This document shows positions 1 to 8,936 of a DNA stretch of 47,172 nt, one piece after another; positions within the stretch are counted from its first letter, which is position 1, and each line of letters opens with the position of its first letter. The position numbers and the translations under genes were made by a program. The DNA comes from Mariniphaga sp. (GTDB lineage: Bacteria; Bacteroidota; Bacteroidia; Bacteroidales; Prolixibacteraceae). The stretch spans positions 1 to 47,172 of the forward strand of contig JAZBNQ010000034.1 of NCBI GenBank assembly GCA_036350775.1. Direction: 5' to 3'. The notes beneath the pieces are model-generated. The model searched no databases. It was not told the origin of the DNA and saw only the letters and a list, made by a program, of their open reading frames with translations.

Positions 1-6
1 AGTTTT

Positions 7-414
7 ATGGAATTTAAAAAGGAATGTACTCTATCCACAACAGATTCAAAAATAAAGTGTGAAGAGAATAAACGGAAGATTATTTTTAATAATAATAACA
101 GATTTAAAGTAGATAAAATCCTTGTAGATAATTGTCAAATTACTTCTGGAGTTAGATGTGATTTTCTTGTAAAGCTTGATAAAAGGGAGTATTTTATAGA
201 ACTTAAGGGAGAAGATATTAAACATGCCTTTGAACAGCTTACAAGGTCAATTTCAATCCTAGGATCTGTCGAATGTCAATTAAGAAAATGTTTTATAATC
301 AGTAGTAGGAGTCCCTTAGCTTCTCCTCAGATTCAGAATGTTAGACTTCAATTTAAAAAAAAGTATAATTCTGATTTGATTGTCAAGAATAAAAGCTTTG
401 AAGAAAATTTATAG
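7..414 (+). CDS. Hypothetical protein with a PD-(D/E)xK nuclease-like motif; AT-rich, probably foreign
   Basis: 135-aa ORF containing RCDFLV...EYFIELKG (D...ExK spacing) followed by a helix (DIKHAFEQL). DNA is visibly more AT-rich than neighbouring genes. Confidence 0.6.
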   Translation: MEFKKECTLSTTDSKIKCEENKRKIIFNNNNRFKVDKILVDNCQITSGVRCDFLVKLDKREYFIELKGEDIKHAFEQLTRSISILGSVECQLRKCFIISSRSPLASPQIQNVRLQFKKKYNSDLIVKNKSFEENL

Positions 415-420
415 AAACAA

Positions 421-567
421 CTACACCCAATCGAGCAGACGACCGTTAAGCACACCGAAGTACCTAGACAAAGCTATCCTTTCGGGGCACACCATTATGA
501 GTGCTCAAGACGGTTCTTTAAGTCGTCAGAACACCCCAGGGACAATTTTCGTAACACACCATCCGGC
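421..567 (-). mobile_element. Putative truncated group IIC intron 3' end (partial domain V plus domain VI), antisense, at an attC-like half-site
   Basis: Plus strand ctacaccca|atcgagcagacgac resembles an attC R'' box followed by the reverse complement of an intron terminus (...gtcgtctgctcgAT). cacaccatccggc (555-567) resembles the reverse complement of the domain V 3' strand as I recall it. gacgac (438-443) pairs with gtcgtc (522-527). Confidence 0.5.
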
Positions 568-1088
568 TAAAAAATTAAACTCAGCACCAGGTATTTCAGA
601 AACAGTCCCAGCACACTGAAAATGACCAAATCTTTAAACCGGTATTTTAATAATCCCGCTGCCAGGGCAATGACTGGCGACGATAACGGGAAAAAGTTAA
701 ACACAAAAATGGTGAGGTTTCCGTATTTCTGAATGTATCGTTCAGCTTTCAGAATTCGTTTTTCGCCCACTAGTTTAGTCAACGATTTCAGACTGAAAAA
801 CAGCCCGATGATATAATCGATAAACTGAGCTGTAACGGCTGTAACCAGCGCCACCCAAATCAATTCCGTTTCGCGGTAATAAGAAAGGTAATACACAAAG
901 GCCATTTCCACCGGCATGAGCAGAAAAAAAAGGTACCCCGAAAAGTGAACCAATCCGAAAGAGGTGAGGCTTTGAGTGCGGCCTTCGTACAATTCGCGAC
1001 CAATGGTAAGTGAAAAAATGGCAATGGCAACAGCAGATGCAATAACAATGTAAAGGGCTTTATTCAGTTTAACTTTACCTTTTCCCAT
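567..1088 (-). CDS. DedA/VTT (SNARE-associated) family membrane protein
   Basis: Hydrophobic 173-aa protein with LMPVE, 'AQFIDYIIG', 'AERYIQKYG..TIFVFNFFPL..PVIALAAGLLKY', typical of the DedA/YqaA family. Confidence 0.8.
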   Translation of the reverse strand: MGKGKVKLNKALYIVIASAVAIAIFSLTIGRELYEGRTQSLTSFGLVHFSGYLFFLLMPVEMAFVYYLSYYRETELIWVALVTAVTAQFIDYIIGLFFSLKSLTKLVGEKRILKAERYIQKYGNLTIFVFNFFPLSSPVIALAAGLLKYRFKDLVIFSVLGLFLKYLVLSLIF

Positions 1089-1324
1089 TCACTTCTTTTT
1101 CAAAGGTTTTGTTTTGAAATCTGATTTTTTGCTAAAAATAATCTTTTTTGAAAGGTAATAAAAATCTAATCGACAACTGTTTGGTTTTATTCGTTTACCA
1201 AAGGATTACAAAAGATGAACAGGAAAACCGAATGATTCCTTAAAACGTATTTCATGAGAAGAGACAACATCCTTCAGCGGTTTCAGCTTGAAAATCCGTG
1301 AATAAGAAAATGGATGCAAAAAGT

Positions 1325-3163
1325 TCACTCCACGGTAACCGATTTGGCCAGGTTGCGGGGCTGGTCAACATCACAACCGCGCAAAACGGCGATGTAGTAA
1401 GCCAGCAGTTGCAGCGGAATTACTGCAAGCAATGGCGCCAGTGCCGGGTGCGACCGTGGAATTTCAATAATATCGTTTGCCAGTTCTTTTAATCCGTCAT
1501 CCCCTTCACTCACAATGGCAATCACATTTCCTTTCCTGGCTTTCACCTCCTGAATGTTGCTTACAATTTTCTCGTACCAGGCATCGCGGGGTGCCACCAC
1601 CACCACCGGCAGGTTGTCGTCAACCAGCGCGATGGGACCGTGTTTCATTTCGCCGGCCGCATAACCTTCAGCATGAATATATGAAATCTCCTTCAGTTTT
1701 AATGCCCCTTCCAACGCCACCGGGAACAAATACCCGCGTCCCAGGTAAAGTGCGTTCACGGCCTCCTGATACTTTTCAGCCACCTGTTTTATCTGCGTAT
1801 TATTTTGAAGAATGGCCCTTCCTTTTTCCGGAATTTCAGCCAGCTCTTTAACCAGTTCGCAGTATTCGGCGGAAGAAATGGTTCCTTTTGTTTTAGCCAG
1901 TTTGAGGGCAAAAAGGGTTAAAACCGTTACCTGCGCCGTAAATGCTTTGGTTGAAGCCACGCCAATTTCAACGCCTGCATGGGTATAAACGCCAGCCTCG
2001 GTTTCGCGCGACAAAGTGGAACCCACCACATTACAAATTCCCAAAACCAGTGCGCCCTTTTCCCGGGCCAGCCTCAATGCAGCCAGCGTGTCGGCTGTTT
2101 CGCCGCTCTGGCTGATTAGCAACACCACATCTTTTTTTCCCAACACCGGTTTACGGTATCGAAACTCCGAGGCATATTCCACCTCTACAGGGATTTGTGC
2201 AAACTCTTCGAGCATGTATTCGGCAATCAGCGCAGCATGCCACGAGGTTCCGCAACCAATGATTACAATCCGCTCAGCTTCTGCCACCCGGGGAAAAACA
2301 TGCAGCAACCCGCCCAGCACAATGTCGGAATATTCAGGTTTTAAACGACCTTTAAATGTTTCTTCAATGGTTTGAGGCTGTTCATAAATTTCCTTCAGCA
2401 TAAAATGTTCAAAATCGCCTTTTTCCATTTCCCCAATTTTCATATCGAGGTTTGAAATGGTAAGCGAAACCGGACTGTTTTCAATATTTTTCAGGGTAAA
2501 ATTGTTTTTCTGGAGAATGGCCATGTCGTTGTCGTTCAGGTAAACCACATGGCTGGTAAACTCCGCAATGGGCGAGGCATCGCTGGCCACAAAATATTCG
2601 CTGTTTCCAAGCCCCACAACAAGCGGACTTCCCCTGCGGGCCACAATCAGTTTGTCCTTTTCTTCGCGGCATAAAACAGCAATTCCATAGGCGCCAACCA
2701 CTTTTGAAAGGGCAAGTTGAACGGCCATTTCTGCCGAAACTTCAGTGTTTTGATTATAAAAATACTCTATCAGATTGGCCAGCACTTCGGTATCGGTTTC
2801 ACTGAAAAACTGAAATCCGTGTGCCATCAAATCAGTTTTTAACTGCATGTAGTTTTCAATAATTCCATTGTGTACAATGGAAAAATAGCCGTTCATCGAC
2901 TGGTGCGGATGCGCATTTTCATCACTGGGTTCGCCGTGAGTTGCCCAGCGCGTGTGACCAATGCCAATATTTCCGCCGGTTAGTTTTGCCGCAACAAAAT
3001 TTTCCAGATCGGCCACTTTGCCCATCTTCTTAAAAACTTCGAGACTGCCATTGAGCAATGCAATGCCTGCCGAGTCGTATCCCCGATATTCAAGTTTTTT
3101 CAATCCGCCAATCAGAATGGGGTATGCCTCTTTATTTCCAATGTATCCTACTATGCCACACAT
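1325..3163 (-). CDS. glmS: Glutamine--fructose-6-phosphate aminotransferase (isomerizing)
   Basis: N-terminal MCGIVG, LEYRGYDSAG, GHTRWATHG, SQSGETADT, VASTKAF and C-terminal PRNLAKSVTVE; 612 aa. Confidence 0.99.
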   Translation of the reverse strand: MCGIVGYIGNKEAYPILIGGLKKLEYRGYDSAGIALLNGSLEVFKKMGKVADLENFVAAKLTGGNIGIGHTRWATHGEPSDENAHPHQSMNGYFSIVHNGIIENYMQLKTDLMAHGFQFFSETDTEVLANLIEYFYNQNTEVSAEMAVQLALSKVVGAYGIAVLCREEKDKLIVARRGSPLVVGLGNSEYFVASDASPIAEFTSHVVYLNDNDMAILQKNNFTLKNIENSPVSLTISNLDMKIGEMEKGDFEHFMLKEIYEQPQTIEETFKGRLKPEYSDIVLGGLLHVFPRVAEAERIVIIGCGTSWHAALIAEYMLEEFAQIPVEVEYASEFRYRKPVLGKKDVVLLISQSGETADTLAALRLAREKGALVLGICNVVGSTLSRETEAGVYTHAGVEIGVASTKAFTAQVTVLTLFALKLAKTKGTISSAEYCELVKELAEIPEKGRAILQNNTQIKQVAEKYQEAVNALYLGRGYLFPVALEGALKLKEISYIHAEGYAAGEMKHGPIALVDDNLPVVVVAPRDAWYEKIVSNIQEVKARKGNVIAIVSEGDDGLKELANDIIEIPRSHPALAPLLAVIPLQLLAYYIAVLRGCDVDQPRNLAKSVTVE

Positions 3164-3300
3164 ATAAGTTGAATGTTAAAAGTTTAAAGTTCCGGGTTTT
3201 TCTGCTGCGCGGGATTAGTTCGTCCAATAGTATTTGGTTCGTTGCTCTCCCAAATACCGGGGCTCCCTGAACAGATTTCGGAATCTGAAAAAATATTGTT

Positions 3301-5328
3301 TTAGTTTACCGTAACCGCTGCATTTTTGGTTTGTTCCATTCGTTGAATGAGTTCATTGCCAAGTTCCTCCTTGGTTTGCATGTGTATCTGAATAGCTTTT
3401 ACCGTATCGTTTTTTTCGAATTCGCCGCGAACCTGCGCAAAATCCAACTCGCGGGCGCCGTTCTCCCCGTCCACGCCAAAACCGGTCATTTTAGACATAG
3501 AAAATTCTTTTTTGGCATCTTCATATAACAGTTGGTCAATACCGAGTACACTTTCCTTCCATTTTTCAACCACAGCAATTGCATCCTTAGCATTAAACTT
3601 GCTGATGTTCTTCCCATAAAATCCGCTAAGAACATCAGCCGCCCAGGTCCATTCGTAGTTATAATAATTTTTATGAAGGGCAACCAAAGCAGCATTCACC
3701 TCTTCGAGCGTGGTCATTTCGCCATTTTCAACAGATTTGAGTAAATTATCCAACGCTTCAAAGGGACAAATCAATCCGGATAAATCGACCCAGTTTCCCT
3801 TTCCCAGGAAAGTATCCGGTTTTAAGGCACTCTGTATTTCGTTGTCAGAAGTATAATCTTTTTCCTGTAAGCGGGTAATCAATGAATTGCCCAGGAATTT
3901 CCAGATGGCCATTTCATACAATTGAATGCCGCGATCGAGCGCCCGTTTTTCAATTTTCATTTTATCGTAACTGTATTCGCTGGCAAATTCGCCTGAAGAA
4001 TTGCGGATATCGATAAGTTTTTTTCTGCCATTTAACATACGGTGAACGGTGTAGGGACTCAGCAGGTTAAAATTAATCAGGTCGAGCAGGTTGGAATCTG
4101 TCCGGTTATCGCGTCGTGGCCATTTTTGCGAATCGCGCACCGTTCCAATACTTTTCAGGTTGATGCCCGGCACCAGGATACTTTCGTCATTGCTTTCAAT
4201 CAGGTACGAAAACGGAAAATCTGCCGTGTCGCAATGTTTGTAATGACGCCCCATTACAAGCGAAAAAGCTCCGATGTGCGAAGGCCAAAGCAAATACGAA
4301 TCGCTGGTAGTTTTGGCGCCCCGTTCCATAATTCCCTGATGAATAGGGCCCAGTTTATACAGGTGATTGCTTTGGTTGGAACCGCTGCCTGCATTGAGAA
4401 ATGAAAACATTCCGGCAATAAGCAATGTTGATTTATGGTGCGTAACCGTGTAAGGCCCCGCAAAAACAGAACATGCCTCGCCATGAAATCCCTGGCAATT
4501 GGCAAAAAACAAAGAATTAACTGCCGAGTAATGTTTGTCAAGAACACACCCCTGCCCTACAAAACTTTTTGAAACAAGCGTAGCGTCAGTAATTCGTGTA
4601 CCGGAGCAAACAATAAAGTCGTCCATAATCACTCCTTCGCCAATAATAACAGGGGCCTCGCGGGTACTGTTAATGCTTCCGTTTTGTAGTTTTTTGGTTC
4701 CGTCGATGGTGGTGGCAGGTCCAATCTTAACATTCAAAACTGTATTGCAATTTAAAATTTTGGTGTGTGCACCAATCGTTCCCTGACTACTTTTTACCTT
4801 TTCGGTATAATCTTTCACCATATCTTTTAAGGCATCAATCAGCCCGGGCCGGTGACGGTAAAGTGCCAGCATATAAGCCACATGCGTTGACAAATAGTCG
4901 TAAACAGGAATGGCCCGTCCCCCACCCTCATTTATCGCTTCAACCATCACACCGTTACCGAACGTTGTTTCACCGTCAACGGCAATGGTTGTCACGTTAT
5001 GAATGATAACCCCTTCTTCAATATTATAGTTGGCAATGTAACTGCGTACGTTATGTATCAATGCATTTCTTCCTACTTCACAATTGTGAAGCCATGCATT
5101 GTAAATACCGGTATGGAAAGTGATTCCGCCAACAAGTTTCACTGAATGTTGAAAGCTGTTTAACCGTATGTGCCCGGTGAGCTTTACATTTTCAACATAA
5201 TCGGGACTAAAATCGGGAGATACTTTTACAAGGTTCCAGTCGGTGGAAGAACATCCCTGGTAAACCAGTTGACCTATTTCATCGTCGTGCAAGGGCCGGT
5301 AAAAATCATTTTTTGATGTTGGAGTCAT
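3301..5328 (-). CDS. DUF4954-like protein with a left-handed beta-helix (hexapeptide-like) region
   Basis: 675 aa with I/V-G-x-x-x-x periodicity (IGAHTKIL, IGPATTID, IGEGVIMD, VGQGCVLD) and the conserved block GEACSVFAGPYTVTHHKSTLLI...NAGSGSNQSNHLYKLGPIHQG. Confidence 0.75.
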   Translation of the reverse strand: MTPTSKNDFYRPLHDDEIGQLVYQGCSSTDWNLVKVSPDFSPDYVENVKLTGHIRLNSFQHSVKLVGGITFHTGIYNAWLHNCEVGRNALIHNVRSYIANYNIEEGVIIHNVTTIAVDGETTFGNGVMVEAINEGGGRAIPVYDYLSTHVAYMLALYRHRPGLIDALKDMVKDYTEKVKSSQGTIGAHTKILNCNTVLNVKIGPATTIDGTKKLQNGSINSTREAPVIIGEGVIMDDFIVCSGTRITDATLVSKSFVGQGCVLDKHYSAVNSLFFANCQGFHGEACSVFAGPYTVTHHKSTLLIAGMFSFLNAGSGSNQSNHLYKLGPIHQGIMERGAKTTSDSYLLWPSHIGAFSLVMGRHYKHCDTADFPFSYLIESNDESILVPGINLKSIGTVRDSQKWPRRDNRTDSNLLDLINFNLLSPYTVHRMLNGRKKLIDIRNSSGEFASEYSYDKMKIEKRALDRGIQLYEMAIWKFLGNSLITRLQEKDYTSDNEIQSALKPDTFLGKGNWVDLSGLICPFEALDNLLKSVENGEMTTLEEVNAALVALHKNYYNYEWTWAADVLSGFYGKNISKFNAKDAIAVVEKWKESVLGIDQLLYEDAKKEFSMSKMTGFGVDGENGARELDFAQVRGEFEKNDTVKAIQIHMQTKEELGNELIQRMEQTKNAAVTVN

Positions 5329-5348
5329 ATTAGTTGCTTTTGTGAAGT

Positions 5349-5356
5349 CAAATATA
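5349..5356 (-). promoter_or_regulatory. Bacteroidota sigma-A -7 element for the DUF4954-glmS unit
   Basis: Minus strand TATATTTG matches TAnnTTTG, 20 nt upstream of the ATG at 5328. Confidence 0.6.
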
Positions 5357-5535
5357 TGGTATCTTCAACACAAAACAATTCTTAAAAACTTAACAAAAAC
5401 CTGATTTTTATAACTATAAACAAAACAAATTATTCTTATAATTCTAATATAAAGAGATATAGAGATTAAAATATTATAACAATTAAATTAATAACAATAT
5501 CAAATACCTTAATATTTTTCCTCAATTTCTTTTTA

Positions 5536-6528
5536 TCAGATTTCTGCCAGGTAATTTACTATCCGGGTTTCGTGCGTAATTTTAAGTTTTTTACGCAACC
5601 TGACGCGGGTAACCTCCACACTCTGGGGTGTTAGGTTATTTAACCCGGCAATTTGTTTACTCGTAAGTCCCAGCTTCAGGCAGGCGCAAAGTTTTTTATC
5701 CCTGGCAGTAAGTTTTGGGTGTTTCAGCAAAAGTCGGTTCATAAAACCAGGATGCAGTTTTTCCAACTGAATTTCAACCATGTTCCAGTCAACAGAATTG
5801 GCAGGATTATTTCCGAGAAGTTGCAACAATTTTTCTACCTTGTAAGAATTGTTTTTAATAGTATCGGTGGAAATCGTTTTTAACTGCTGCGTTATATTTG
5901 CTATGAGCTCATTTTTTTGTGAAAGTTGCAGAAGAAATGTTACCAGTTCGCGTTCCTTAATTTCAAGTTCCGATTTAAGTCTTTCCCGGTGACGGTTTTC
6001 CAGTTCCTTCCCGGTTGACAAATCGGTAATTCTTCCCAGTGCCTTTTTAAGTTTGGTAATATCCTGCACTGAGCCCCTAATGCCCAGATAACGGCCTTCC
6101 CGGTTGTAAACGCCGCGAACTGTAAACAAGCACCAGCGCATTTGGCGGGTTCGGGTCATTATCCGAAATTCGAGCGTGGGATTAATCAAATCCTGATTCA
6201 ATGCATTGGACAGGAATCTTTCAAATTTTTCGCGATCTGTCACATATATCAGCAATGCGGAAAGCGACGGTGCCTCCAAAACCTGGTTGGCGGTATATCC
6301 GGTAAGGTCAATACATGAGGGCGAGCAGTAATTAATTTTACCTGAAGGATCAAACCACAGTTCCCAGCCAAAAGTAAAATCGGCAACCAACTGGTAAAAC
6401 TCCCTTTTTTCTTGCTCCCGCTTTAAAAGTTCGCTTTTTGCTTCCAGTTCGAACTTCATTTCAGAAATTTGGGCTTCCAGTTGTTTTATCCGATCATCAA
6501 TAGTATTTTTTTTATCTCCGGATTCCAT
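5536..6528 (-). CDS. PAS-domain / LuxR-type HTH transcriptional regulator
   Basis: Coiled coil, PAS/PAC (YCSPSCIDLTGY...EFRIMTR...GIRGSVQDIT) and a C-terminal HTH typical of Bacteroidota (LTARDKKLCACLKLGLTSKQIA...SVEVTRVRLRKKL). ATG at 6528 preferred over the ORF-track start at 6582. Confidence 0.85.
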   Translation of the reverse strand: MESGDKKNTIDDRIKQLEAQISEMKFELEAKSELLKREQEKREFYQLVADFTFGWELWFDPSGKINYCSPSCIDLTGYTANQVLEAPSLSALLIYVTDREKFERFLSNALNQDLINPTLEFRIMTRTRQMRWCLFTVRGVYNREGRYLGIRGSVQDITKLKKALGRITDLSTGKELENRHRERLKSELEIKERELVTFLLQLSQKNELIANITQQLKTISTDTIKNNSYKVEKLLQLLGNNPANSVDWNMVEIQLEKLHPGFMNRLLLKHPKLTARDKKLCACLKLGLTSKQIAGLNNLTPQSVEVTRVRLRKKLKITHETRIVNYLAEI

Positions 6529-6625
6529 TCCATCCTTTAAATTATTTCTTGTAAATGTAATCTTTTGGATAAAACTGTACAACCATTCCGGCCTCTAATT
6601 AACATAAAACAAGGGAAAAAAGTAA

Positions 6626-6659
6626 GAAAAACCCCGGGACCTCATCCCGGGGAAAAAAA
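6626..6659 (-). terminator. Intrinsic terminator after sodA
   Basis: 8-bp stem ccccggga (6632-6639) / tcccgggg (6645-6652), followed by a U-run on the minus strand. Confidence 0.8.
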
Positions 6660-6670
6660 CCAAAAATCAA

Positions 6671-7270
6671 CTAACCTTTAAACCGCCTGGCGACTTCGTC
6701 CCAGTTGATGAGATTCCAGAATGCATTTACATAATCCGGACGTCTGTTTTGATAATTCAGGTAATATGCGTGTTCCCACACATCAACTCCCAGAACGGGT
6801 GTTCCCTGAATTTCTGCAACATCCATCAACGGATTATCCTGATTGGGCGTGGACGAAACCACCAGTTTATTGTTTTGAAGAACCAACCATGCCCAACCTG
6901 ATCCAAACCGCGTTAACGCAGCCTGAACAAATGCCTCACGGAAATTTTCTATTGAACCAAATGATTCGTTAAGTGCATTGAGAAGCTCGCCTTCCGGATT
7001 CGCAGATCCGCCCGGTGCCATTACTTCCCAATACAAATTATGATTGTAATATCCTCCTCCATTGTTTCTTACAGCAGTGGAATGACCTGAAATTCCTTTC
7101 AGAATTTCTTCAATGCTTTTTCCTTCGAGCGCACTACCTGCAACTGCATTGTTCAGGTTATTCGTATAACCCGCATGATGCTTTGTGTGGTGTATTTCCA
7201 TAGTGCGCGCATCAATGTGCGGTTCCAAAGCTGAGTAATCGTAACTTAATTTCGGTAATTCAAACGCCAT
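6671..7270 (-). CDS. sodA: Fe/Mn superoxide dismutase, Mn-type signature
   Basis: [30 protein letters not shown] and DVWEHAYY; the GGG and QD residues are Mn-type. Confidence 0.95.
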   Translation of the reverse strand: MAFELPKLSYDYSALEPHIDARTMEIHHTKHHAGYTNNLNNAVAGSALEGKSIEEILKGISGHSTAVRNNGGGYYNHNLYWEVMAPGGSANPEGELLNALNESFGSIENFREAFVQAALTRFGSGWAWLVLQNNKLVVSSTPNQDNPLMDVAEIQGTPVLGVDVWEHAYYLNYQNRRPDYVNAFWNLINWDEVARRFKG

Positions 7271-7321
7271 ATCTTTTTGTTCTTTTTATAAAATTAATAA
7301 AATACTTTAAAGTCTTTAATG

Positions 7322-7353
7322 CAAATATAAGGCACGTTTTCTGTCTGTGCAAA
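7322..7353 (-). promoter_or_regulatory. Consensus Bacteroidota sigma-A promoter of sodA
   Basis: Minus strand TTTG (7353-7350), 20-nt spacer, TATATTTG (7329-7322): a full -33/-7 consensus. Confidence 0.75.
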
Positions 7354-7457
7354 TATTTCAAGATAAAAACACATTGTACTCCTTTATTGTTCATCAGGAT
7401 TGGAATTAATTTTTTGTTTTTTAATTCTTTTACCTTTACCCTTTCAAAATTTTAACG

Positions 7458-8759
7458 ATGAACCGCGACATTCTCAGGCTTGCCATTCCAAATATTGTCA
7501 GCAACATTACGGTGCCGCTGCTTGGGCTTGTCGATCTTGCCTTAATGGGACATTTAAAATCCGAAGTTTATATTGGTGCCATTGCGCTGGGTGGTGTTAT
7601 TTTCAATTTTATTTACTGGGGATTTGGATTTTTGCGGATGAGCACATCGGGGTTTACGGCACAGGCTTTTGGTGAAAAGAATAAAATTGAAACCATTCAT
7701 GCACTTGCCCGTGCTTTGGCGGTTGCTGTTTTAACCGGATTGGTTATTCTGGCTTTGCAATTGCCCATTGCCTGGGCCGGATTTAACCTGATTGGCGGCA
7801 GCGAAGAGGTAAAAAAACTGGCGCGTGAATATTTTCTTATCCGCATTTGGGCTGCGCCGGCGGCACTGAGCCTGTTTGTTTTCAGTGGCTGGTTTTTGGG
7901 CATGCAAAATGCTCGTTACCCCATGATTATTGCCATTTCTGCCAATGTGGCCAATATTCTGCTTAGTGTGCTTTTCGTTTTTGGGCTGAACATGAAATCG
8001 GACGGAGTAGCACTTGGAACAGCTTTTTCACAATATATCGGACTAATTTTTGCCATTCTTCTTTTCCTGAAAAAATACCGGGAACTTATCCGGTTTGTGA
8101 AACCTGACCAGATTTTCAACCTAAAACGATTGACCGAATTTTTTCGGGTAAACACCGATATTTTTATCCGCAGTTTCTGTATCATCCTGGTTTTTACCTT
8201 TTTTACTTCGGAATCGGCAAGTACCAACGACACCATTCTTGCCGTCAATTCGCTGCTGATTCAGATGCTGCTTTTCTTCTCATTTTTTATAGATGGTTTT
8301 GCCTTTGCGGGCGAGGCATTGGTTGGAAAGTTTTTTGGTGCGCGGCAAAAATCAAAATTAAAAAAAGTGGTAAAACTGCTTTTTCTATGGGGCACTGGTC
8401 TGGCAATCGGGTTCACTCTAATTTATTTTTTCGGAATGAATTTCATTTTAAAACTGCTTACTTCGCAAAATAATTTGATAAATGATGCGCAGCCTTTTAT
8501 TATTTGGGTTGTATTAATTCCACTGGCCAGTTTCAGTTCATTCATCTGGGATGGTGTTTTCATTGGTGCCACCGCTTCAGCAGCCATGCGCAATACACTT
8601 TTTGGGGCAACATTCCTTGTTTTTATTCCGGTTTATTATTTTCTGAATCCTCTTTGGGAAAACCATGCGCTTTGGCTGGCCATGGTGCTTTTTATGTTTG
8701 CACGGGGGGCTATTCAAACCTTTCTTTTCAGGAGGTCTGTCTTTCTTCGGATTCAATAA
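7458..8759 (+). CDS. dinF: MATE family efflux transporter (DinF-like)
   Basis: LAIPNIVSNITVPLLGLVD, FGFLRMSTSGFTAQAFG and FFIDGFAFAGEALVG; about 12 TM segments, 433 aa. Confidence 0.9.
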   Translation: MNRDILRLAIPNIVSNITVPLLGLVDLALMGHLKSEVYIGAIALGGVIFNFIYWGFGFLRMSTSGFTAQAFGEKNKIETIHALARALAVAVLTGLVILALQLPIAWAGFNLIGGSEEVKKLAREYFLIRIWAAPAALSLFVFSGWFLGMQNARYPMIIAISANVANILLSVLFVFGLNMKSDGVALGTAFSQYIGLIFAILLFLKKYRELIRFVKPDQIFNLKRLTEFFRVNTDIFIRSFCIILVFTFFTSESASTNDTILAVNSLLIQMLLFFSFFIDGFAFAGEALVGKFFGARQKSKLKKVVKLLFLWGTGLAIGFTLIYFFGMNFILKLLTSQNNLINDAQPFIIWVVLIPLASFSSFIWDGVFIGATASAAMRNTLFGATFLVFIPVYYFLNPLWENHALWLAMVLFMFARGAIQTFLFRRSVFLRIQ

Positions 8760-8936
8760 AATTCCGAATTTCCAAACAAAAATTCCTCTGTTTCGTTAGA
8801 ACTTTAAACAGAATTTGCCAAAGTAAAATGCTTAATTTTAATTCATTATTGTTTTATAATTTTAAAACCAAAGTGAATTATCCGTTTATGATATTCCTGA
8901 ATCGGACAATTAATTTTGAATAAAAACCAGAATTTT

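Noticed and set aside
425-451. Complete attC site (acccaat...gttaagc)
   Set aside because: Only 27 nt separate the outer ends of the R''-like and R'-like boxes, too short for attC, and there are no L boxes. Kept only as a half-site.
380-619. 79-aa plus-strand ORF spanning the intron-like remnant
   Set aside because: It overlaps both flanking genes, has a non-ATG start and no recognisable motif; the region is better explained as non-coding structure.
3164-3300. Canonical glmS ribozyme annotation
   Set aside because: AGCGCC and GACGAGG are both altered and the downstream catalytic core is not visible. Reported only as a structured leader.
5370-5428. acaaaacaa direct repeat 50 nt apart as an operator
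   Set aside because: Low-complexity match in very AT-rich DNA, expected by chance.
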